A stretch of 64,000 nucleotides of DNA from Azolla caroliniana (Eukaryota; Plantae; Polypodiophyta), in assembly GCA_043228905.1 (NCBI GenBank), contig JBHGNT010000016.1:11718001-11782000 (forward strand), read 5' to 3'. A model generated the notes under the pieces. It searched no databases. It was not told the origin of the DNA and worked only from the letters and a program-made list of their open reading frames with translations. Numbering within the stretch: the stretch's first letter is position 1; every line of letters begins with the position of its first letter. Positions 12,809 to 25,752 of this stretch are shown piece by piece. A program made the position numbers and the translations under genes.

Positions 12809-14824
12809 TCTTCCAACACATGGCAAATGATATATTCAGAGACCTCTTGGATATTTGTTTGATCATCTATCTGGATGATCTAGTGATTTATTCGAAAACC
12901 CAGGAAGAGCACGATTCTCATGTACTATTAGTACTAAATCGACTCCGCAAGAATGGTCTTTATGACAAGCTAGAAAAATGTAGCTTTGACTGCAAACAAG
13001 TGGAATTTCTAGGCTACGTTATCTCCTCAAAGGGCATCTCCATGGATCTAGCTAAAGTCCAAACTATGCTAGAGTGGCAAATTCCACGGTCAGTACGAGA
13101 TGTACAATGTTTTCTAGGTTTTGCTAACTTCTACCGCAAGTTTATACAAGATTACTCGAAGATTATTTTACCTCTCACACAACTTACAAGGAAGGGACAA
13201 GCATTTCTTTGGTCCAATGAAGCGGACATGGCTTTTCGGCATCTTAAGAAAGCCTTTACATCATCACCTATTCTAGCTCATGTGGATACAAGCAAACCAT
13301 TCATCATGGAGGCCGACGCATTAGATTTCGCCCTCGTAGCATCCTTTCTCAACAACAAGATACAGACGAGTTACATCCTGTGGCTTTCCATTCGTGCAAA
13401 TTCGATGTTGCAGAAATCTACTACGAAATACATGACAAGGAGTTATTAGCCATCGTGGATTCATTTGTGCAATGGAGGCATTTTTTGGACGGCTCTCCAC
13501 ATCAAGTCATCGTCTTCAGTGATCACAAGAATCTTTCTTATTTCCAGAATGCTCGTGTGCTAAATCGACGGCAAGCTAGGTGGGTTCAATTCCTCACACG
13601 TTTTGATTTCAAAATCGCATATTGACCAGGGAAGCAGCAAGGAAAGGCAGATGCACTATCACAATGTTCATTTCTTGCACCTCGTCTTGGTGATCCAGCG
13701 TTCGATAATCAAAAGCAAGTAATCTTGGGACCAACACAATTGCACACAACGCGGATTTTTCACACCCCAATGGATTCCCAGATTATCGACACCATACGTG
13801 CGAACTTGAAGATGGGCAATTTTGCTCAAGACATTCTGGCGCACACTGATACCTCTCAGGCATCATGTACCTAAGGCGCACACTGATACCTCTTAACCAT
13901 CGTCGATCGATATACAAAGATGGCACATTTTGTGTCGTGTACTAAGGCCATCACTAGCGAGGAAACCGCCGCCCTTGTCATGCGTGAGGTATTTCGGCAT
14001 CATGGCCTCCCAGACAGTATCATTAGTGACCGAGGACCGCAATTTGTCTCCAAATTTTGGCAGCATCTCTTCAAGATGCTCAAGTTCTCTTGCAACCTCT
14101 CCTCTGGCTACCATCCTCAGACCGATGGGCAGGTGGAACGAACAAACCAAACGCTGGAGCAATACCTCTGGTGTCTCCTGAGTTATCAACAGGACGATTG
14201 GGCCAAGATTCTCCACTTTGCGGAGTTTGCGTATAAGAATATTGTTCACTCCTCGACTCGAGTCTCCCCATTCTACACTTATACTGGTTCTCATCCTCGT
14301 TGGTCGGTGATCGACACCCCAGAGCTACCTACCAATCCTCGTGCCGAGGATCATTTGGAGAGACTACGCAAGATCCAGATGGATCTCTCTACTCATCTTC
14401 GTCATGCTCAACAGACACAGAAGACTTATGCGGATCGTCATCGGCTTCCCTCCTGTATATTCCAGATTTCTCTAGAACATTCTAGAAGCTTTAGGACTAC
14501 TCCTGAGAGCACTATAAAAGGAGGCACAAGGCATTGTTTTGAACCAAATTGGTTCAACGCCAGTCTTAAGCCTCTTAGCCACTTTGTACTTACCCTTCAC
14601 ATAATATATTAGCTATTATCATCATCTCTCTCTCTGTCATCCTCGCAATCTCTCTCTCGGGAATCTTACACAGTCCCGTCCTCTTAGTACTAATAGTACT
14701 TCTCTTCTTTAGTACTAATTCTCTCTCTGCTTTAGTACTATTCCTGACAGCGAGAAGGATCAATTTCAACTCCTTGTTCGGTTATGAGATGTCCAAGATA
14801 AGTAATTGATACCTTGTTCGGTTT

Positions 14825-17800
14825 ACTTTCGATCAGGTAGATCCACATGTGCCGGTTGTAATCGTCAATGAAGAAGAAGAAATATCGGCTCCCACCAAGA
14901 CTAACATTCTATGTCGGTCCCCATACATCCAACTGGATTGAGTTGAGCTTATTACGGCGTCGGTTTCTTTCGATGGGGAATGGAAGCCGGTGTTGTTTCT
15001 CGAGTTCACAAATTTGAGCCTTCCGGCCACCAAATTTTGGCAATCCAAAAACAACCTGTTTTGATTGCAGCTCTTGAAGCCTTTGATAGTTGACGTGGCC
15101 GATGCGCTTGTGCCACAAGTCGATATCGGACTCGACTTTCTATCCTTTTGTGAACAAGGCAGTGCCTAACGCTACGGAGTCAATGTACCACACTTCGAGC
15201 GATCTGGAAGTGGTCTTCTTCATTGAGTTCGCCTTGTGCTTCATCACGAAGGCTGACCCTTTTCTAGTCTTTCCAGTTCTAGATCCTTTTAAACCTTCTG
15301 CATAGTGCGAGCTCTGTCGGTGTCCTTATCTGGCCTTACTGGATCCAGATTTATTTGAATCGGCATGCTTTTTCCAGCACTTGCTCTCGCGGTGGCCTTT
15401 CTTGCCACAGTACCAACATTTTGTGTCGGCCTTCCTTTGTCGATTTCCAGTGCCACTTTGACTCCCCCTGCTTGTGGAGGGTCCGAAACTATTGTCGGCA
15501 CCATCTCTGTGCCTCTGATTTTGCTCTTGCCGGCCGTTGCTATTATGTGTGGTACCTAGCTCGTCCTCCATGCCCACGAGGCCTATCCACCTCAGTGTAT
15601 AGCATCCGATTGTCTGATTGAGTGGTCCTTGCCCCATTCGCTGGTTTTTTTCAACCATGAGCATTGATTGTAAGTCGAAGAAGGATGGTGGACTAGCCTG
15701 TATCGTTGTGTTAGACCACCGAGACAAATCTCAACCATCTCTTCTTCGTCTACCGTCACATTGGTGGACCCCAGCGCATCACAGATCTCCTTGATCTTTG
15801 TGGTGTAGTCGGCGACGAACATGTCCCGTTGCTGGATATTGTTGAGCTCTTGTCAGAATTGCAACTTCCGAGTCGTGGTACTTGCGGCGAAAATCATCCA
15901 GAGATTTTCCCAGGCCTTTTTCGGTGTTTTTGAATCCCTGGTGTAGCCCAGCATCTGGCCATGCACACAGGACACAAGCAAATACAACACTCTGCTCGCT
16001 CCTTGCTTCCATGCCGGGAATTCCTTGTGTGCCGAATCCGGCGCTCTTACATTCGCTCCTTCCACGTAGCTCCAGTATCCGTGCCCCGACAGGTACTGGT
16101 GCATTTTATACAACAAGGACGCATAGTTGCTCCGGTCGAGCATTTTTGTAGGAAGTGAGCTCGCCATGTTTCTGTCCATATCTTTCTTCTCTCTTCTGTT
16201 CTTTACCGGTGATTAAGGTTTGTTTGTCTCGAGTAGTTATCAACAACAGAGGTTCTCAACCCTCGCGCTCTAATACCATGTCAAAGTTAATATGTGGAAG
16301 CTTTGACAAACCGGTTTATCTGGATAGCAACAGAATCATAGAGAATGAAGGTTTAATAGAAGCTTAAGAATACACAGTACACGGGAGAGACAGAGAGAGC
16401 AAAATAGCACAAAACTCAATTCAAAATAATAACACTCTATATCTATACAAATGTCCTACAGAATACTTTTTAGACAAGTCCTTTAGGACTGACAGAAGTA
16501 TTGACATGTACTTCAATGCTCATACGAGCAACTGACACTAACTCCAAGGAATATGCCTACGTACTAGGTGACGTGGAATACACGGAATAATCTCCGGCTA
16601 CAACCGAAGGGTAAATCACTTGATAACAATCGAACACAGAAGAAATGGGAATGGAGGTAAGTGCACAAATAGGAAAAAGAGAATACACCGGATATTAACG
16701 TGGAAAACCCTGAGAGGGAAAAACCACAAGAGTCCACAGACTCCAAACTATCACTATGTAAAGTAATACAACAGGGAGCACCGAGGCAACAACCTCTTGC
16801 TCACAATCTTCGCCTCGCGGCGGTTACAACAGAGACACAATCTCTGTATATCACTCTCTCTCTATCTTTTACGCACTGTACAGAAGTTACACCAATAACT
16901 CTATCATCATCATTATTAAGTTTTCCCTAGGTCATATTTATACTAATATGACTTTCGGGCTATTTACAAATATAGCCCAAGTGGGCTCTCTGGAACATAT
17001 TTACATATATGTCCCTTCCATCCGATGAGAGGTTCTCACCGGGTCTGCAACATCCGGTTCTCACCGGATCTTCCGTTGTCGGGTACTCGTCATCCAGTTC
17101 TCACCAAGTCTTCCGTTGACGGGTACTCGTCATCCAGTTCTCACGGGGTCTTCCTTGCCGGGTACTCGTCATCCGGTTTCGGCCTCGACCGAGTTGCTCA
17201 TCAACACTGTTCTTCTCAATTCCCATCCGGAGGGACTTGTTTCCTAACAAACTCCCCCTTCACTCCGGCATGGAATGTCTTACTAGTCCGATCCGCTTTC
17301 GACATGCATCCAACTTGTCGGGTATCAGTACTTTGGTCAGCATATCTGACCCGTTCTCGGCCGTGTGGATCTTCGTCAGCGCGAACTCTCGATCTTCTAC
17401 TCGCTCCCGGATCCAGTGATACCTACACTGGATGTGCTTCGTCCTGGAATGGTACGCTGCATTCTTAGCAAGGTGGATGGCACTTTGACTGTCGCAATAG
17501 AGCCGGTATTCATCTTGCCAGATACCGAGCTCACCGATGAAGTCCTTCATCCATAATATTTCCTTGCCGGCTTCCACAGTTGCCATGTACTCCGCCTCCG
17601 TGGTTGACAACGCAACCGTCTTCTGCAACCTCAATTGCCACGAAACAGGTCCTCCTGCATATGTCATTACATACCCGAATGTAGATCAGCTGGTATCCAC
17701 ATCAATCGACATGTCTGAATTGATAAAACCGTCAAGTTGAGGTTTACCGGAGCCGAATCGGAGACACATATTCGAAGTGCCCTTCAAGTACAGGAGTATC

Positions 17801-20800
17801 CATTTGACCGCGTTCCAGTGCTCCTTGTCGGGATTGCTCATAAACCGGCTCACCACTCCGACTGCGTATCCAATATCTGTTCGAGTACACACCATTGCGT
17901 ACATTAAGCTCCCAACGGCAGAGACATATGGCACCTTCATCATATCCGTCTTCGGACTTTGCTTACCGGATAGTCTACAGTTTGCCGGGAGTGTCGATCC
18001 GATCAGTTTTGCTTCTAACATGTTAAACCGCTGAAGCGCCTTTGTCACTTATTTCTCCTGTGACAGCCACAATTGCTTCGTTGGCCGGTCCCAGATGATA
18101 TGCATCCCCAACATCTGTCTTGCCAGACCCAAGTCTTTCATTGCGAAAGTTCAGTTGAGAGCCTTCTTCAGCATCCGTATTTTGGTTTGGTCCCATCCAA
18201 CGATCAACATGTCGTCCACGTACAGAAGGAGTATCAGGAAGTCACCTAATTCAAACTTCTTCACAAAGATGCAATGATCAGCCTGCGTCTTGTGGTACCC
18301 TTGATCGGTCATGAAGTAGTTGAACTTCCGGTACCATTGTCGAGGAGCCTACTTCAGTCCATACAGTTCTTCAACTGGCAAACCAGGTGCTCCTTCCCTT
18401 TCTCCACGAATCCTTCCGGTTGCTGCATGTAGATCTCCCCTTCGGGGTCCCCGTTAAGGAATGTTGTCTTCACGTCCGTCTTTAGGTCCATGCTTGCCGC
18501 TATACTCAACACCGTCCGAATGGAGGTCATCTTTACTACCGGGGCAAATATCTCGTTGAAGTCCACACCCTTCTTCTGCTGGAACCCCTTCACCAAGATC
18601 CTGGCTTTGTATCTCGGGGGTTTGTCGGCATCTCCTGGTTTCAACTTGTACACCCACTTGTTTTGGAGTGCCCGCTTTCCTTTCGGCAACTCCACCAATT
18701 CATACGTATGGTTCTCATGCAGGGAATCCATCTCATCCTACATGGCACTTAACCATTTGCGGCTATGGGCGTCACTTTTAGCTTCCTCGAAGCTTTCTGG
18801 CTCCCCCTCATCGGTTAGTAGCACATGCTCCGCATCTGGAAATCTCTGGGAGGTCCTTCTCTCTCTGAGAGGATATCTCCGTCTTTGGCTTTCCGCAACC
18901 GGCTCCTCTATTTGTTCTTCATCCGAAACCGATTCGGGGTCTTGGCCGGTTTTGATTTCACCTATTCCTTCTTCTTCGGCCTGTCTTGTCTCCTTACCGT
19001 CACCGGCCGGTTCATCGAGTGCTAACCAATCTCTTGCCGGTTGGGTCTGCTCATCGTAGAATCGATCCTTACCGGTTGACTCAGAGTTCATTATCTTCTT
19101 CTCCGACTCCAGTCGGCGAGCGTCTTCTCCTCCATGAAGATAATATCTCGGCTCCGGAATACCTTCTTGTCGACCAAGTCCCACACTCGGTAGCCGAACT
19201 CATCGTCGCCGTAACCGAGGAATATGCGTGGCCGGGTCTTCGGATCTAATTTTCCTCTCTAGTCCTTAGCTACGTGCACATACGCAAGACACCCGAATAC
19301 CTTCAGATGCCGGTAGGACACTTCATTACCCGTCCAGACTCTCTGTGGCGTGCTCCGTCCAAGGGTACTGAGGGTGATCTGTTTATCACATATATCGCCG
19401 TCGACAGTGCCTTAGCCCAAAACTTCTTGGGTAGTTTTGCATGCGCCAACATACTCCGGACCCTCTCCATTATGGTCCGGTTCATCCTCTAGGCCAGTCC
19501 GTTTAGTTCCGGCGTCTTCGGCACGGTAAATTCGAGCCGGATTCCCTTTGAGCGACAGTACTCCTCGAACTACCCCCGGTATTCACCTCCGTTATCTGCT
19601 CGAACCGCCTTCAGCTTCCGGCCGGTTTCTCTTTCCACTCTCGCGTGGAGTTCTTTGAAGATGAATAGCACCTCATCCTTCGTCTTCAACGGTGTGGTCC
19701 ACATATATGAACGTCACGAAGTACTGCGATCCGGCATGTGACTTCGTGTCCACTTGACACACATCAGTATGCACCAACTCCAGTGGTGCATTACGTCTCA
19801 TCGGTGGCCTTGGTCGGAAGGAGGTCTGGTTTTGCTTACCGGCCAAACAATCAGTGCACTTCTCCAAGTGCACGTTCTTCACCGGAATGAGGTTATTGTT
19901 TGCAAGCCTCTTCATCCCCTTCTCACTCATGTGACACAACCTCTTGTGCCACAACTCACCGTCAGTGTCGGATGCCACGTTCACTTCTTCCGGGCATAAT
20001 CAAGCATTCATCAGGTACAACGTGTTGACCTTCCGGGCCCGAGCAATTATCAGGCTCCCTTTGCTGAATTTCATGACTCGGTTCTGGATGCTACCCGTGT
20101 AGCCTTCATCATCTAGCCAACCGGCTGATATAAGGTTCAGAAGAACCTCCGGAATGTGTCGGACATCCTTCAGCAACAGCTTGCATCCGGTTGGTGTTGT
20201 CAACCACATGTCTCCTATGCCGACAATTCGGCATGTACCTTCATTCCCCATCCGGACACAACCGTGATCACCGGTTGTGTAGGATGAGAAGTATTTACGG
20301 TCCGGGGTAAGGTGGAACGATGCTCCGGAGTCAACAACCCACGTTGTCTCGTCGCCGGCAAGGTTCAACTCACTCTCCTCGGTGATGAGCATCAACTCTT
20401 CTTCGCTTGCCGCGATTGCCGTCGTTCCCTTCCGGTCCGTTCCCCTCCGGTCTTTATCGTTCCGGTCCGGTGTCCGCTTCGAATCAGTACTATCAGTTTC
20501 CTTGTCTTTTTGGAACTGTTGACGGTTCTTCTGGAAGTGTCCCGGCTTGTCGCAATAGGAGCAAGTAGGCCTCCCCCTTGACTTTGACCGTGTCCCCGAC
20601 TTCTCCCGGTTCTGGGGACTACGGTTCCTTTGTCTTCCGCGTTCCGATTCGGTAAGGAGCGCTTTGGAGTCGCAGCTCGTATCTTTATCTTTCCGACGCG
20701 CCTCCTCATCTAGCAAGCTCGACTTCACTCTTGCTAGGGATAACCGTTTCCCTTCCGGCCCGGCGTTGCCCAAAGTGACAACCAACGTCTCCCAGCTATC

Positions 20801-22075
20801 TGGGAGGGAACCGAGTAGGAGCAGCGCTAGTACCTCATCGGCAAGAGGTACTTCCAATGATGTTGCCTGGTGGATCAGCCCCTGGAAGGCATTCATGTGC
20901 TCCGCCATGCTGGAGCCATCTTGGTACCGGAGTCTTACTAGCTTCCGAAATACCGAAACCTGATTAACAACATTTTTGTTCTAAAACATAATGCCGATCT
21001 TCTCCCAGAGCTCATGAGCCTTGCTCTCTTCATTGAAGTTGTTGGATAGACTCATGTCAAGGAAGCACCATATGTACGCCGTTCTCTTCATGTGCATCAC
21101 CTCCCATATCGTGGCATCGATTTTGTCCGGTCTCTTGTCCCCGAACTGAACCGTCAACCAAAGATCTTTAACCACGAGCATGTCCCTCATCTTCGACTTC
21201 CACACGGAATAGTTGGAGCCGGCGAGCTTGAACATGCTTCCCAACGAATCGTCCATTTTTCTGTGTCGTTTCACTCTGATACCAATTTGACGTGGAATAC
21301 ACGGAATAATCTTCGGCTACAACCGAAGGGTAAATCACTTGATAACAATCGAACACAAAAGAAATGGGAAGGGAGGTAAGTGCACGAAAAGGAAAAAGAG
21401 AATACACCGGATATTAATGTGGAAAACCCTGAGAGGGAAAAACCACAGGAGTCCACAGACTCCAAACTATCACTATGTAAAGTAATACAACAGGGAGTAC
21501 CGAGGCAACAACCTCTTGCTCACAATCTTCGCCTCGCGGTGGTTACAATAGAGACACAATCTCTGTATATCGCTCTCTCTCTATCTTTTACGCATTGTAC
21601 AGAAGTTACACCAATAACTCTATCATCATCATTATTAAGTTTGCCCTACGTCATCTTTATACTAATATGACTTTCAGGCTATTTACAAATATAGCCCAAG
21701 TGGGCTCTCTAGAACATATTTACATATATGTCCCTTCCATCCGATGAGAGGTTCTCACCAGGCCTGCAACATCCGGTTCTCACCAGGTCTTCTGTTGCCG
21801 GGTACTCATCATCCGGTTCTCACCGGGTCTTCCTTGCCGGGTACTCGTCATCCGGTTTCGGCCTCGGCCAAGTTCTTCTCGCTTCCCATCCAGAGGGACC
21901 TATTTCCTAACACTAGACTCCAACCGTAGGCCCCAACGGCCTACCGGTTCTCACTATTCCGGAGTACGATCCGGTTCTCCGGTCCGACACTAGGTTCCAG
22001 TTCTCTGTTTTGAATACCGATCTGTCTCTGGCTTACTTCAGCCGATCCGGATCTGGTTGAGCTTCCCTCTCAACA
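14825..22075 (-). mobile_element. Degenerate C-family copia (gag/integrase fragments + 5' LTR split by D)
   Basis: Gag 15326-16179 is homologous to C; PBS 16267-16278; LTR 16279-16568 + 21913-22075 resembles the C LTR. Confidence 0.82.
16569..21912 (-). mobile_element. Ty1/copia element D, degenerate full length
   Basis: LTRs 16569-17249 and 21288-21912; TSD ctagg/ctaga; PBS 21273-21284; PPT 17250-17260; gag-PR-INT-RT-RH fragments. Confidence 0.93.
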
Positions 22076-22378
22076 CCTTTTTCTGCAGATAACTTGTGAA
22101 CTGGGCAAAAATGTATTCTTTTCCGCCATCCAATCTTAGACACTTGATCTTCCTCCTAGTTTCCCGTTTGACAAGACTCTTTAAATCCCGGAAACATGAG
22201 AAGACTTCGCTTTTCTTCTCAATCAAGTAGACCCAAATGTGCCGGCTAAAATCTTTAATGAAGGAGACGAAGTATCAGCTCTCGCCTATGCTCATTCATT
22301 GTGTCGGTCCCCATACATCCATGTGGATTAAATCGAGCCAATTCTGGCTCTGATTCTTCTCATTAGGGAATGGAAGCC
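22076..22378 (-). mobile_element. C-family copia integrase fragment
   Basis: IEKKSEVFSCF...KIKCLRLDGGKEY and DVWGP. Confidence 0.8.
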
Positions 22379-23613
22379 TGATGGGATCAATTCGTAGATC
22401 AGTGAGGAAGATATGTTGAAATGTACAAACAAAATGTGAAAACAATAGATACAATGCACACACTTTTACATGGAAACCCTAAACGAAGAAAACCACGGGA
22501 ACCGAGATTCTACTATATCAAAAATATACACGACAGAGTAAGTTCTGCAAAGTGTAATAGCTACACAAGGATCTTGGCATCTAACCTCACTCAATTATGG
22601 CACCACTCACAATCTCTCTCACTATATTCTGCACTTTCTGTTCAACTCTAACTTGAGTTCTACTCTTTGTGTTTTCCCTAAGTGTATTTATACTTACACA
22701 TCATATGGGCTATTTACAAATGTAGCCTCTACCACTATTATTATTATTATTATTATAGTAATAAGAGTAACAGTTAATTAGCCGGTTAGTCAACTAGCCA
22801 ACTCCTATGTTGACTATCCAATCAGCTCAACTAGTCGCCGGGTCTTCGACTTGGATCACTTATACAATGTCATCGACTCTCTTAGTCGACTCTTCTTGTC
22901 ATCGACTGTCAACTCTCAGCCCGACTAGTTGGCTACTCCTTGTCTTTGATTGTCGGCTCGAACATTCAGCTCCTCCCACATGAGGGACATATTCCTAACA
23001 AACTCCCCCTTCACTCCTGTGGGAGGGAGTCAACTAGTCCCATCTTTTGTCAACAGACTCAAAGTTTTTCTATTGGTAGGTTCTTCATGAGCATGTCGGA
23101 TCCATTGTCGTCAGTATGGATCTTCACGAGGATAAACTCCCCTTCATCCACTTTCTCTCGCAACCAGTAATACCTTCTCTGTATATTCTTGGTCCGGTAG
23201 TGGTATGCAACGTTCTTGGCTAGATGTATGGCGCTCTAATTATCACAGTGGAGTCGGAATCACACTTGCTTCATTCCTAGTTCACTGAGAAAATTTCTCA
23301 TCCAAATCAGCTCTTTGCCAGCCTCTACCATTACCATATACTCTGACAGGAACTCAACGCTCCTTATGCGCAATGCTCGGACACAACCGAGCTTAAAATC
23401 ATACACAGAAAAATGGGAATGAATGCACGACACAAGAGAAGAGACGAGTACGCAGGATGTTTACGTGGAAAACCCAAACTAAGGGAAAAACCACGGCAGC
23501 CCACAGGCTGCAAACTATCACTATGCTAGAATGTACAACAATGAGTTCACGGAGGCAACGACCTCGTGCTCACGATCCTCGCCATAGGCGGCGGTTACAA
23601 CAGAGGCAACGAC

Positions 23614-23654
<41 letters not shown>

Positions 23655-25752
23655 CATGGTTACACGCTATCTCTCTTCTTGCACCAACAAGAATAACAAC
23701 AACTTCAAAAGTTTGCCCTAAGTCATATTTATACTAATATGACTTTTCGGCTATTTACAAATATAGCCATGATGGACTCTCAGAATATTTACGAATATGT
23801 CTCTTCATCCGGTGAGCACTTTTCACCGGGTCTACACCATCCGGCTCTCCGTAACCAGGTACTCCTCATCCGGTTCTCACCGGGTCTGTACCATCCGGCT
23901 CTCCGTAGCCGGGTACTCGTCATACGGTTCTTCTCCCTTCCCATCCGGAGGGACCTGTCTCCCAACAAACTCCCCCTTCACTCCGGCATGGGGTGTCTTA
24001 CTAGTCTGATCCGCTTCCGGCATGCATCCAGCTTGTCGGGTATCAACACTTTGGTCAGCATATCTGACCCGTTCTCGGCTGTGTGGATCTTCGTCAGCGC
24101 GAACTCCTGGTCATCTACTCTTTCCCGGATCCAATGATGCCTTCGCTGGATATGCTTCGTCCGGGAATGGTAGGCCGCATTCTTAGCAAGGTGGATGGCA
24201 CTTTGACTGTCACAATAAGGCCGGTATTCATCTTGCCGAATACCGACCTCTCCAATGAAATCCTTCATCCATAATATTTCCTTGCCGGCTTCCACAGCCG
24301 GCATGTTCTCCGCCTCCATGGTTGACAACACAACCGTCGTCTGCAGCCTCGACTGCCACGAAACAACTCCCCCTGCATATGTCATTACATACCTGGATGT
24401 GGACAAGCTGGTATCCACATCAGCCGACATGTCGGAATCGGTAAAACCGTCAAGTTGAGGTTTTCTGGAGCCGAATCGAAGACACATATGCGAAGTGCCC
24501 TTCAAGTAACGGAGTATCCATTTGACCGCATTCCAGTGCTCCTTGCCGGGATTGCTCATGAACCGGCTCACCAATCCGACTGCGTATCCTATATCCGGTC
24601 GGATACACACCATTGCGTACATCAAGCTCCCGATAACCGGCATATGGAATCTTCATCATATCCGCCTTCTCTACTTTCGTCTTCGGGCTTTGCTTACCGG
24701 ATAGCCTGCAGTTTGCCGGAAGTGTCGATCCGACTGGTTTCGCATCTGACATGTTGAACCGGTGAAGCACCTTTGTCACGTACTTGTCCTGTGACAGCCA
24801 TAACTGCTTCACTGACCGGTTCCGGATAATATGCATCCCCTGCATCTGTCTTGCCGGACCCAGGTCTTTCATTGAGAAAGTCCGGTTGAGAGCCTTCTTC
24901 AGCATCCGTATTTTGACTTGGTCCCGTCCGATGATCAACATGTTATCCACGTACAGAAGGAGTATCAGGAAGTCGCCTCCTTCGAACTTCTTCACAAACA
25001 CGCATAGATCGGCCTGCGTCTTGTGGTACCCTTGATCGGCCATGAAGGAATCGAACTTCCGGTACCATTGTCGGGGGGCCTGCTTCAACCTGTAGAGGCT
25101 CTTCTTCAACCGGCATACCAGGTGCTCCTTCCCTTTCTCCACGAATCCTTCCGGTTGCTACATGTAGATCTCCTCTTCGAGGTCGTCGTGAAGGAATGCC
25201 ATCTTCACGTCTAGCTGCTCTACCTCGAGGTCCATGCTTGCCGCTATACTCAGCACCGTCCGGATGGAGGTCATCTTTACTACCGGGGAAAATATCTCAT
25301 CAAAGTCCATGCCCTTTTTCTGCTGGAACCCCTTCACAACGATCCTGGCTTTGTATCTCGAGGGGTTGCCGGCATCTCCCGGTTTCAACTTGTACACCCA
25401 CTTGTTTCGGAGTGCCCGCTTTCCTTTCGGCAACTCCACCAATTCGTACATATGGTTCTCATGCAGGGAATCCATCTCATCCTGCATGGCACTTAACCAT
25501 TTGCGGTTGTGGGTGTCATTCTTCGCTTCTTCGAAGCTTTTCGGCTCCCCCTCATCGGTCAGCAGAACATGCTCTGCATCCGGAAATCTCCGGGGCACCC
25601 TTCTCTCTCTGAGAGGATATCTCCGTCTTCGGGCTTCGGTAACCGGCTCCCCCATTTGCTCTTCATCTGAATCTGATTCGGGGTCTTGGCCGGTTTCGGT
25701 TTCAGCTTCCTCTACTTCTTCTTCAGCCTGTTCGGTATCCTCACCATAACCG

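Larger units (their letters stand above)
4112..14749 (+). mobile_element. Gypsy element B (Tf1/sushi/Tcn1-type chromovirus, PEG10-like gag), degenerate, interrupted by copia C
   Basis: 5' LTR 4112-4558; 5'-truncated 3' LTR 14454-14749; perfect TSD GCGAG. Gag KFNGTRSQLRGFLNQ and CLYCGGPGHIAINC; protease LLDSGA; RT split at 6847/12809 (YLDD at ~12868); RNase H; integrase 13920-14450. Confidence 0.93.

Noticed and set aside
17028-17180. CRISPR-like repeats in the D/F/H LTRs
   Set aside because: These are degenerate tandem units without unique spacers, inside eukaryotic LTRs, with no cas genes.
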